Source: an uncultured Chloroflexia bacterium
GTDB lineage: Bacteria > Chloroflexota > Limnocylindria > Limnocylindrales > CSP1-4
DNA length: 64,000 nt
Reading direction: 5' to 3'
Assembly (NCBI GenBank): GCA_963720755.1
Contig: CAVRGP010000011.1
Span: 768,001-832,000, forward strand
The notes under the pieces were generated by a model. It saw only the letters and a list, made by a program, of their open reading frames with translations, made no database searches and was not told the DNA's origin. Shown piece after piece: positions 18,410-27,402 of this stretch (position 1 is the stretch's first letter; each line of letters begins with the position of its first letter). Position numbers and translations under genes: made by a program.

Positions 18410-21400
18410 ATGACGATCGCCCCGAACGACTTCACGCATCTCCACGTCCACTCCGAGTTCAGCCTTCTCGACGGTCTCGGCCGGATCACGGAGTTGGTCG
18501 ACACGGCGGCCCAGCTGGGCATGGATTCGATGGCGATCACCGACCACGGCGCCCTGTACGGTGCGGTCGCCTTCTATCAGGCCGCGAAGTCGAAGGGGAT
18601 CAAGCCGATCATCGGCGTCGAGACCTACGTCGCGCGCCGGTCGATGACCGACAAGGAAGGCAAGGCCGACAGCCAGCCCTTCCACTTGATCCTGCTGGCC
18701 CAGGACCTGGGCGGCTACCAGAACCTGTGTCGCCTGATCACCGACGCCCACATCGACGGCTACTACTACAAGCCACGGATCGACCGCGAGCACCTGGCCC
18801 GGTACAGCGAGGGGCTCATCGGTCTGTCGTCGTGCCTGTCGGGCGAGATCCCCCGGGCGCTCGAGGTCGAGGACTGGGAACTCGCCCGGAACCTCGCCGG
18901 CGAGTACCGGGACATCTTCGGTGGCGACCGGTTCTTCCTCGAGGTCCAGGACCACGGTCTGCCGGACCAGCGACGGCTGAACGAGCAACTCTTCCGTCTG
19001 GCCCCGGAGGTCGGTCTGCCGCTGGTCGTGACCAACGATCTGCACTACGTGCGCCAGGACCAGTCCGAGGCCCACGATGTCCTGCTCTGCGTCGGGACGG
19101 GCAACAACCTCGACACGCCGAACCGGATGCGGTTCGACACGAACGAGTTCTATGTGAAGTCGGCGGCCCAGATGGCGGCACTCTTCCCGGATCATCCCGA
19201 GGTGGTGGCAAACACGCGCCGGATCGCCGAGATGACCGACCTCACCCTCCCGCTCGGCCAGCTTCGGATCCCGCATTTCCCGGTCCCGGACGGCCACACC
19301 ACGGAGACCTGGCTCCGGGCTGAGTGTCAGCGCGGGCTCGAGCGCCGCTACGGGACGGTCACCCCGGAGCTCCAGGCGAGGCTCGATTACGAGCTCGGGG
19401 TCATCCTCACGATGGGCTACGCCGGCTACTTCCTGATCGTCGCCGATTTCATCGCGTTCGCCCGGGAGCAGGGGATCCAGACGACCTGCCGGGGGAGCGC
19501 TCCGGGTTCGGTCGTGACCTACACGCTTGGGATCACCCCGGTCGATCCGATCCTGTACCAGCTGCCGTTCGAACGCTTCCTGAACCCGGACCGAGTGACG
19601 ATGCCGGACATCGATGTCGACTTCGAGGATGGTCGCCGCGAAGAGGTCATCGCCTATGTCGGTCGCAAGTACGGCCAGGACCACGTCGCCCAGATCATCA
19701 CCTTCGGGACGATGCTCGCCCGGGCAGCCATCCGCGACGTCGGGCGCGTCCTCGGTCACAGTTATGGTGAGGTCGACCGTATCGCCAAGGCCGTCCCGAA
19801 CCAGCTCGGGATCCGCCTCGACGAGGCGATCGAGATCTCACCGGAGCTGCGCGGCCTTGTCGACGGCGACCCGGCGGTCAAGCGGATCACCGACTTCGCC
19901 CGGCACCTCGAGGGCGTCGCCCGCAACGCTTCGACCCACGCCGCCGGCGTCGTCATCAGCCGCGAACCCCTGACCGAGCTGATGCCGCTCCAGAAGGCCA
20001 CGAACTCGGATGGCTTGATGAGCCAGTACGAGATGCATGCGATCGAGGCGCTCGGGCTGCTCAAGTTCGACTTCCTGGGACTGTCGAACCTGACGATCCT
20101 GCGCCAGGCGGTCGACCACGTTCGAGCCGATCGCGGCATCGAGATCGACCTCGACGCCATCCCGCTCGATGACGCCAAGACCTTCGAACTCCTGGCATCG
20201 GGCGAGACGACCGGCGTCTTCCAGCTCGAGTCGGCCGGGATGCGGCGGTATGTCCGGGACCTTCAGCCGACGTCCGTGTACGACCTGGCCGCGATGGTCG
20301 CCCTCTATCGCCCGGGGCCGATGGACAACATCCCCGCGTATATCCGGCGGAAGCACGGCCAGGAGCCGGTCACCTATCTCCACCCGCTGCTGGAGCCGTA
20401 CCTGGAGAAGACCTACGGGATCTTCGTCTACCAGGAGGACATCATGTCCGCGGCTATCGCGCTCGGTGGGTTCACCGGGCCGGAGGCGGACACGCTCGGG
20501 TACGCCATCCGCAAGAAGAAGTCCGCGGTCCTGCGCGCCCAGAAGGAGAAGTTCGTCACCCAGGCCGCCGAGCGCGGAGTGGAGCCACAGGTCATCGATG
20601 CGGTGTTCAAGGCGTTCGAACCGTTCGAGCGCTACGGCTTCAACAAGGCCCATGCCACGTGCTACGGCTTGATCGCCTATCAGACCGCGTATATGAAGGC
20701 CAACCACACGGTCCAGTACATGACCGCCGTGCTGACCGCGTTCCGGTCGAACGAGGAGAAGGTCGCCGCGGCGGTCGCGGAATGCCGGCGGATGGGGATC
20801 GAGGTGCTGCCGCCCGATGTCCACCGGAGCTCGCTCGAGTTCACGGTCGAGGGTGAGGCGATCCGGTTCGGGCTGCTGGCGGTCAAGAATGTCGGGCAGG
20901 GCGCCATCGAGTCGATCATCGCCGCGCGCGACGAGGGCGGACCGTTCCACTCGCTGACCGACTTCTGCACGCGGATCGACCTGCGGCTGGCCAATCGGAA
21001 GGTCCTCGAGGCGCTCGCCAAAGTCGGCGCGCTCAGCGCCTTCGGCCATCCCTCACAGATCCTCCTCGGGCTCGATGACGCCATCGCCGCCGCCCAGGCG
21101 ACCCAGCGCGACCGGATCACCGGCCAGACATCGCTGTTCGATATGGCCGCGACCGATGCGGCGACGTTCGAGCGTCCGCTCCCGCAGGCGACCGAGGTGC
21201 CCGTCCGGGAGCGTCTCCGCTGGGAGAAGGAGCTGCTCGGCCTGTACCTCTCGGAACACCCGATGGGTGAGGTCGCCGAGCGGGTCGGGCGGTTCGTGAC
21301 CGCCTACTCGAGCGACCTGCGGGACGAATCGCTCGACGGTCAGCGGGTCGTCGTCGGCGGCATCGTCACCGGCGTCCGGACCGTCATCACCAAGGCCAAG

Positions 21401-22222
21401 GCGTCGATGGCGATCGTCACGATGGAGGACCTCCAGGGTTCGATCGAAGTGGTCGTCTTCCCGCGCCTGTTCGAGCAGACCGCCGGCACGTGGCGCGATG
21501 GTGAGATCCTGCTGGTCGCCGGTCGAGTCGACCACAAGGGTGAGGAGGTCTCGCTGCTCGCCGACCTCGCGGTCGAGTGGGATGAGGCCGCCGCGGCGGG
21601 CGAGGAGTCGTTCGCTCGCAAGGTCGAGGCGGGTGACCGCGGCGCGGGTCGGCGCCGGGGGCCTAATGCGAATGGCAACGGGTCGGCGTCCGGCGGTGGG
21701 ACGGTCAACGGCGGGCGACCGCTGGTCGCGGTGGGGCCAGGGACGGCCGCCACCGAATCACGGGATCCGGCGATCCCGTTCGTATCGCCTCGTCGGGGTG
21801 GATCGACCGCGACGCTGCCCGCGATCGCGCCCGCTCAGCCGGTCTCGACCTACCCGGAGACGCGCGGCGTGATGGCATCGGGCGACGCCGATGACGACCC
21901 GTCCGTTCCCGACGAAGCGCGCGCCGCGATCCTCGCTGGAGCCACATCGGATGCCCCTGTGGATGCCGGTCCCGACACGGTGCTCCACGTGCGGTTCGCC
22001 GCGAGAGCGGCGCCCGACCGCGTCGTCGGAGCGATGGAGACGTTCAAGACGGTCCTCCGCTCCCATCCGGGCACGACCCGGGTGGTGATCCACGTCCCGG
22101 CATCAGGATCCGGCGAGAGCCTGCCGATGGAGCTGCGACGCGGCGTCGCCTACGATGCCGAGCTTCTGGCCGAGGTCCGTCGCCGGCTGGGCGACGGGCT
22201 CATCGAACTCCAGCTCACCTAG
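18410..22222 (+). CDS. dnaE: DNA polymerase III alpha subunit
   Basis: HLHVHSEFSLLDG PHP domain, RGSA, MPDIDVDF, KFDFLGL, YGFNKAHA, OB fold. Confidence 0.98.
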   Translation: MTIAPNDFTHLHVHSEFSLLDGLGRITELVDTAAQLGMDSMAITDHGALYGAVAFYQAAKSKGIKPIIGVETYVARRSMTDKEGKADSQPFHLILLAQDLGGYQNLCRLITDAHIDGYYYKPRIDREHLARYSEGLIGLSSCLSGEIPRALEVEDWELARNLAGEYRDIFGGDRFFLEVQDHGLPDQRRLNEQLFRLAPEVGLPLVVTNDLHYVRQDQSEAHDVLLCVGTGNNLDTPNRMRFDTNEFYVKSAAQMAALFPDHPEVVANTRRIAEMTDLTLPLGQLRIPHFPVPDGHTTETWLRAECQRGLERRYGTVTPELQARLDYELGVILTMGYAGYFLIVADFIAFAREQGIQTTCRGSAPGSVVTYTLGITPVDPILYQLPFERFLNPDRVTMPDIDVDFEDGRREEVIAYVGRKYGQDHVAQIITFGTMLARAAIRDVGRVLGHSYGEVDRIAKAVPNQLGIRLDEAIEISPELRGLVDGDPAVKRITDFARHLEGVARNASTHAAGVVISREPLTELMPLQKATNSDGLMSQYEMHAIEALGLLKFDFLGLSNLTILRQAVDHVRADRGIEIDLDAIPLDDAKTFELLASGETTGVFQLESAGMRRYVRDLQPTSVYDLAAMVALYRPGPMDNIPAYIRRKHGQEPVTYLHPLLEPYLEKTYGIFVYQEDIMSAAIALGGFTGPEADTLGYAIRKKKSAVLRAQKEKFVTQAAERGVEPQVIDAVFKAFEPFERYGFNKAHATCYGLIAYQTAYMKANHTVQYMTAVLTAFRSNEEKVAAAVAECRRMGIEVLPPDVHRSSLEFTVEGEAIRFGLLAVKNVGQGAIESIIAARDEGGPFHSLTDFCTRIDLRLANRKVLEALAKVGALSAFGHPSQILLGLDDAIAAAQATQRDRITGQTSLFDMAATDAATFERPLPQATEVPVRERLRWEKELLGLYLSEHPMGEVAERVGRFVTAYSSDLRDESLDGQRVVVGGIVTGVRTVITKAKASMAIVTMEDLQGSIEVVVFPRLFEQTAGTWRDGEILLVAGRVDHKGEEVSLLADLAVEWDEAAAAGEESFARKVEAGDRGAGRRRGPNANGNGSASGGGTVNGGRPLVAVGPGTAATESRDPAIPFVSPRRGGSTATLPAIAPAQPVSTYPETRGVMASGDADDDPSVPDEARAAILAGATSDAPVDAGPDTVLHVRFAARAAPDRVVGAMETFKTVLRSHPGTTRVVIHVPASGSGESLPMELRRGVAYDAELLAEVRRRLGDGLIELQLT

Positions 22223-22229
22223 CGGGGGC

Positions 22230-22799
22230 TCAGGCCTCGCCCGTCACGCGGCGGATCTGCTGGACGGCCGAGAATCGCTCGTGGTAGTCGGCACGGATGA
22301 CGTTCATCTCGGCGTCCTCGATGTCGAGTTCGCCGGCGATCTGGTTGAGGACGGCGGTCTCTTCGGCTGAGATCGTCCCGTTGGCCGCCGTGACCGCGAA
22401 ACAGGCCCGCAGGACGACGAGCCGCTGCGACTTGTCCGCGAGTGCCTTGAATTCGCGCGTGACGACGTAGTCCTCTGTTCCCCCGACCGTCTTTGCCTGG
22501 AGCTTGGCCATCTCGGTCACCAGGACTGCCGTCGCTTCATCGAGCGCCTCGTTCGCCTCCAGTTCCGCCTCGATCGCCGCCGTCTCCTCGTCGCTGATGT
22601 CGAGGTCGGCGTTGGCAGCACGAGCGAGGGTGTAGGCCGCGGACGCGATCAGTCGAGCTTGCTCCGGCGGCATCGCCTCGAGCTTGGCGACGATCCGACG
22701 GACGGTGGCCGTATCACCCGGGGCGGTGTTCGGGGCGGCCGCCGTGGCGGGTTCGGCGGATGCTGTGGTGTCGGCGGATCCGAAGAAGCGGCGGAACAT
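22230..22799 (-). CDS. TerB-family (tellurite resistance-like) protein
   Basis: Twin A.AD..IS.EE and A.G.IS.EE...IA.EL motifs; ATG after GGAG. Confidence 0.75.
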   Translation of the reverse strand: MFRRFFGSADTTASAEPATAAAPNTAPGDTATVRRIVAKLEAMPPEQARLIASAAYTLARAANADLDISDEETAAIEAELEANEALDEATAVLVTEMAKLQAKTVGGTEDYVVTREFKALADKSQRLVVLRACFAVTAANGTISAEETAVLNQIAGELDIEDAEMNVIRADYHERFSAVQQIRRVTGEA

Positions 22800-22887
22800 G
22801 CAGGTACTCCAGGGTGTGGTGGGGGAGCGGGCGCGACCGCTCGAAGCGGGCAGACCGGAGTCTACCGTGGACGCCGGTTCGCGGCCG

Positions 22888-23334
22888 TCAGCGACGGAGC
22901 ACGTTGGCGACGTCCGGCTCCGGGCCCTGCCATCGGCCGACTTCCTCCGTGGCGAACCGGCCGTAGTAGTTGATGAAGTGCCCGCCGTGTCGCGCCAGGA
23001 CGGCGGCCGCCGCGGCCTTCGCGTCCTCGCCACGAACGCGAATCATCGCCACCGCACGCCCGTCTCGCAGCGCCCATTCGTAGCTGGCGAAATCGACGAG
23101 CTGATCCATCAGCGTGAAATCGAACGCCCGCCGGAGGCGGCCGAGGCGACCCGACACACTGCCGACGCCGTCCATCCGGTCGGCGCCCTCGTCTCCGCGA
23201 AGGAGTTCGAGGTCGTCCGTGGCGATCCCGCTCGCCCGCAGTTCGGTCATGGCGGCCGCGGCCCGCGCAGGGTCGTCGATGACCGCGAGCAACCGATTCA
23301 TCGGATACCCGATCGGGCGGCGAGGCGTGGCCAT
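22888..23334 (-). CDS. Conserved hypothetical protein
   Basis: YP....LAVIDD...LARHGGHFINYYGRF pattern; ATG 7 nt after TAGACT. Confidence 0.65.
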   Translation of the reverse strand: MATPRRPIGYPMNRLLAVIDDPARAAAAMTELRASGIATDDLELLRGDEGADRMDGVGSVSGRLGRLRRAFDFTLMDQLVDFASYEWALRDGRAVAMIRVRGEDAKAAAAAVLARHGGHFINYYGRFATEEVGRWQGPEPDVANVLRR

Positions 23335-23414
23335 GGGCCGGAGTCTAGCGGTGAGCGGATGCACACGAGCCGTTCGCACCCATTCCTGGTGCGCGGCGGT
23401 GACCCCTCGTCTGG

Positions 23415-24782
23415 TCAGGCGGCCATACGGGCGGCCAGGACCGCCCGGTCGATCGGCCGGAACCACACCCAGTACAGCGCGGTCGCGATCGTGTACAGCG
23501 CGATGATCGTGACGAAGTTGACCGTGTAGCCGGGGTAGAACCCGATGGTCGCCTGGAGGACGGCGTACCAGATCCCCCCGATGATCCAGCCGATCTGCCA
23601 GAGCACGCTCATCGCGGCGGCCAGGGTCGCGCGTTCGTGCGGTGTGACCCGCTCCATCGCAAAGGCGCTGAAGATCGGGTTGCCGGCGTTCATCAGGGAG
23701 TTCCGGATGGCCATCGAGGCGACGACCATCCAGAGGATCGGCGAGAAGCCCAGAACGACGAGGAACGGGATACTCGCTCCCTGGACGATGACGACCGAGG
23801 TGATCTGCCCGTATCGCCTGGCCAACCTCGGCTGCGCCAGGATCGCCGCGATCGTCCCAAGGCTCGTGATGGCGAACACGGCGTTCAGCGAGGTCAGGTC
23901 GAGCCCGAACTTCCGCTGGATGAACAGATTCAGGAACGGGATCACCTGGCCGGCGCCGACCGAGATCAGGAAGCCTGGGAACACGAGGCGCGCGAACCGT
24001 CCGCGATCAGCGATGTTGATCCCCATCCGAGCGCGCGTTCTGCGCGGGTCAGCCGGGAACGCCGCCGGCTCGCCGAGGGCGACCAGCCGCGGACCTGCCA
24101 TCGATCGCGGCCGGTCATCGCTCAGAAGTGCGACCGTGCCGAGCGAGGCCGTGAGCAGGACCGCCATGAACAGCAGGACCACCTTGTACGTCCCCGGGCC
24201 GGCGGGGTCCAGGCCGGCGAGGTTCGCGATCGCCACTGCTCCGACGCCGCCGAGCAGCGCCGCGACGACATTGGTGACGTTCTGGATCGCGAACTGTGTG
24301 GCGAACAACTCGTTTCGGTGTTCGGCATCGCTGTGCTCGGTCAGGAACGGCGCCTGGACGACCTGGAATGCCATCCAGCCGGCTGACCAGAGTGCCGCGA
24401 AGGCGATGATCAGCGGCACCGCCTCGAACAGGAGCAACCCGATGAGGGCGATCAGCCCGGTGGAGATCCCGGCGGTCATGACGGCCTTCCGCCCGAAGCG
24501 ATCCGATGCCGCGCTGGCGGGGAACGCGGTGATGGCGCCGGCGCCAGCAGCGATCGTCGCCACGACGCCGATGGTCGCGGCCGGTATCCCGAGCGAGGCG
24601 AGATACAGGTTGAAATCGATCCAGTAGAGGCTCAGCGCGGCGCCCGCGACGAAGGTGGTGACCAGGAAGACCCGGGCATCGTGGTGGAACCGGGCGATGA
24701 CGCGGAATGGCGATCGCCAGCGCGATCCGGGAGTGCCGCTCGGCCCCGCGCCGCCGGACGGTCCGTCGAGCCCCTTCGGCAT
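23415..24782 (-). CDS. MFS transporter
   Basis: About 12 TM helices; SDRFGRK MFS motif A. Confidence 0.9.
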   Translation of the reverse strand: MPKGLDGPSGGAGPSGTPGSRWRSPFRVIARFHHDARVFLVTTFVAGAALSLYWIDFNLYLASLGIPAATIGVVATIAAGAGAITAFPASAASDRFGRKAVMTAGISTGLIALIGLLLFEAVPLIIAFAALWSAGWMAFQVVQAPFLTEHSDAEHRNELFATQFAIQNVTNVVAALLGGVGAVAIANLAGLDPAGPGTYKVVLLFMAVLLTASLGTVALLSDDRPRSMAGPRLVALGEPAAFPADPRRTRARMGINIADRGRFARLVFPGFLISVGAGQVIPFLNLFIQRKFGLDLTSLNAVFAITSLGTIAAILAQPRLARRYGQITSVVIVQGASIPFLVVLGFSPILWMVVASMAIRNSLMNAGNPIFSAFAMERVTPHERATLAAAMSVLWQIGWIIGGIWYAVLQATIGFYPGYTVNFVTIIALYTIATALYWVWFRPIDRAVLAARMAA

Positions 24783-24811
24783 CGTGGTCCCCTGGGCCTG
24801 AGCTACGTGGA

Positions 24812-24898
24812 TGGTGCCGGAGACGAGACTTGAACTCGTACGAGGTTGCCCTCAACGGTGTTTGAGACCGTCGCGTCTGCCTGTTCCGCCACTCCGGC
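24812..24898 (-). tRNA. tRNA-Leu(CAA)
   Basis: GCCGGAG acceptor, ACGGT-CTCAAAC-ACCGT anticodon arm, long variable arm, TTCAAGT loop, encoded CCA. Confidence 0.95.
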
Positions 24899-24973
24899 CG
24901 GGCGCGTGCGCCATCGTACCGTCCGTGCGCACCGGTCGCACCGAACGTCCACAAACGACGTATCGTGCGCGGC

Positions 24974-25570
24974 ATGGCGGATGTCCTCCTCCTTGGTTTC
25001 ATCGCCGGCTACGTCCGGGGTGGCTGGAGCACGGGCTTCCTTCGACGTCTCGTCGGTCTCGGCTTCCTGGCAGCATCGTTCGTGGCCGGCGCATACCTCC
25101 GTCAACCGGTCGGTGCGATCATCGCCGGGATCTTCCCGGACATCCCGCCGTCCTACGCCGACATGGTCGGGTACTCGGTGTCGTTCACGGTGCTGGTCGC
25201 CGGTCTGAACATCATCAGCGGCCCGGTCCTCGGGAAGGTCGCGATGACCGGTCTTTCACGGGCGATGGATCAGGCGCTTGGCGCCGTGTTCGGGGCGATC
25301 GAGGCCGTCCTCCTCATCTCCGTCGCGATCGTGATCCTCGATACCTACTTCGGCAAGACTGGTGCGCTGGCGACGGACCCGGGGCTTGGTTTCCTCAAGA
25401 CGCTGAGCCAGGCGCTCGACCAGTCGACGATCGGTCAGTTCCTGATCCAGACGACCGTGCCGTTCGTCCTGGCGATCCTGGGGCCGCTCCTGCCGACGGA
25501 CGTCAGCTCGCTCGTCCCGACGGACGTGCCCGGTCTGGACCTGCCCGGCCTCGTGCCCTCGAAGCCGTAG
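24974..25570 (+). CDS. cvpA: CvpA (colicin V production) family membrane protein
   Basis: D.LLL......GW..GFLR start and MDQALGAVFGAIE motif. Confidence 0.8.
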   Translation: MADVLLLGFIAGYVRGGWSTGFLRRLVGLGFLAASFVAGAYLRQPVGAIIAGIFPDIPPSYADMVGYSVSFTVLVAGLNIISGPVLGKVAMTGLSRAMDQALGAVFGAIEAVLLISVAIVILDTYFGKTGALATDPGLGFLKTLSQALDQSTIGQFLIQTTVPFVLAILGPLLPTDVSSLVPTDVPGLDLPGLVPSKP

Positions 25571-25684
25571 CAAGCGTCGGACCGACCTCCATCGGGAACC
25601 GTCCCGAGATTGGCGGCGTCTTGGCCGGGTCCGATGCTAGACTCGCCCAGCCTCAGAATCGCCGTCCGGAGGGACCCCCCGATC

Positions 25685-26294
25685 GTGGAGGACCTTCGAC
25701 CGACCATGGTCTCCGACGACCCAGTCCAGCGCCGCGACCTCATCCTGCTCGAGCGCGCTCGTGATGGCGACCTCGGGGCGTTCAACGACCTCGTCGTCCT
25801 CTACCAGGACCAGCTGTTCGCGCTCGTCGTGCGGATGGTTCCCGATCGTGACCAGGCGTCCGACTGCGTGCAGGAAGCGTTCTTCTCAGCCTACCGAAAC
25901 CTGACCTCGTTCCGCGGCGGCAGCGTGAAGTCGTGGCTGAACCGGATCTGCGTCAACGCGGCGATGGATCTCCAGCGTGCCCGCAAGCGACGGCCGGTCC
26001 AGCCATACCCCGAATTCGAGGACGAGAGCTGGCAGCCACCCGCCGGTCCCGAGGCCGACCCGGAACGGACGGCCATCGAGGCCGAGCGGACGCGCGTGCT
26101 GGCGGAGCGCCCTAGCCGGGATCACCGATCAGCAGCGAGCCGCGATCGTCCTGTACGACGTCGAGGGCTACGACTACGCGGAGATCGCGCAGATGACCGG
26201 CGTCTCCCTCGGGACCGTCAAGTCGCGGATCCACCGCGGTCGCCTTGCGCTGCGTGGGTTGCTGGACGACCGGATGGAGCTGTTCCGTGGCTGA
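25685..26294 (+). CDS. ECF sigma-70 factor, apparent +1 frameshift near 26105
   Basis: Region 2 (DCVQEAF, SWLNRICVN) in one frame; region 4 (QRAAIVL...YAEIA...GTVKSRIHRGR) in the next frame. Confidence 0.88.
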
Positions 26295-27339
26295 CGCGTC
26301 GCGACTCCACGCTGAACACGATCCGTTGCGGATCGCGGCCCTTGTCGGTGAACCTGCCGACGGAGGGGCCGAGGTGGCAGCGCGTACCTGGATCGAAAGC
26401 TGTCCGGCATGCGCGACCTTGTATGCGGACCTCGCGGCGTTGTCGATCGCCACACGTGCCCTGCCGGCGCCGCAACGGCCGCATGACTTCCAGCTGACGG
26501 TCGCCGATGCGGCCCGTCTCACCGATGCGGTCGCGCAGCATGCCGGGCATGACGCCTCGCTCGTCGCCGCGTTCGCCGATGGGTCGATCGATCCTGCGGA
26601 TGTGCAGCGGGCGGAGGCGCTCGTCGGTTCGTGCGCCGATTGCGCCGCCCTTGACGCGGATCTCCGAATACTCGCCGACGCCACCAGGGCGATGGCAACG
26701 CCAGCGCGACCGCGCGACTACGCCTTGTCGCCAGACGACGCGGCACGATTGCGTCCGGCCGGTTGGCGCCGGTTCCTCGCGGGTGTCGGGTCGTCGCGTG
26801 ACGCGCTGAGCCGGCCGCTGGCGATCGGGCTGACGACCCTTGGCCTCGTCGGCGTGCTCATCGCGGGCGCGCCATCGATCTTGTGGGTCGGGTCGTCGGC
26901 GTCCTCGCTTGACACGGTCGGTTCGCCGATCGAAGCCGGGGCAGCGGGTGCTGCCGCACCATCCGATGCCAGGGATGTATCCGGTCTTGCCTCGCCGGCT
27001 CCGAAGCCCGCGACCGGTGTCCAGCCAGACACTGCCGGGGATCCCAACGACGCGAGCGGCGGACCCGATCAAGCGCCCGTTGCGGAGGCGAGTCCCGGTT
27101 CGAGCGTCGGACCGGCGGTGGTTGCGCCACCGTTCGCCGCAGCGACGACCGAACCGGGCTCCAAGGACCTGAACGATGGGTCCTCCGTCACTCCCGAACG
27201 CGTGGCAGGCACCGGCTCGACGAGCGACCGGACGACGACCGGCATGGCGCCGATGCTGTGGCTGTCGGCGCTCTTCCTCGTGGCCGGACTGGGTCTCTTC
27301 GCGATCCGGTGGGGAGCGCGCCGGCTCGGGGACGGCTGA
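26287..27339 (+). CDS. Membrane anti-sigma factor with tandem zinc-finger (ZAS-like) domains
   Basis: Overlaps the sigma stop; two HxxHD...CxxC...PxD[FY]xL...DAARL repeats, a TM helix, Pro/Ala/Ser-rich region and a second C-terminal TM. Confidence 0.75.
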   Translation: MADASRLHAEHDPLRIAALVGEPADGGAEVAARTWIESCPACATLYADLAALSIATRALPAPQRPHDFQLTVADAARLTDAVAQHAGHDASLVAAFADGSIDPADVQRAEALVGSCADCAALDADLRILADATRAMATPARPRDYALSPDDAARLRPAGWRRFLAGVGSSRDALSRPLAIGLTTLGLVGVLIAGAPSILWVGSSASSLDTVGSPIEAGAAGAAAPSDARDVSGLASPAPKPATGVQPDTAGDPNDASGGPDQAPVAEASPGSSVGPAVVAPPFAAATTEPGSKDLNDGSSVTPERVAGTGSTSDRTTTGMAPMLWLSALFLVAGLGLFAIRWGARRLGDG

Positions 27340-27402
27340 GGGCCAACGCCAGCGCCGAATCTCCGCTCCGACCGGGTTCGGAGGCCCCGCTACACTTGGT
27401 CC

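Noticed and set aside
24803-25764. ORFs overlapping tRNA-Leu(CAA), and ORFs over the tRNA clusters at 60.8-61.2 kb and 63.5-63.9 kb
   Set aside because: Spurious translations of tRNA genes
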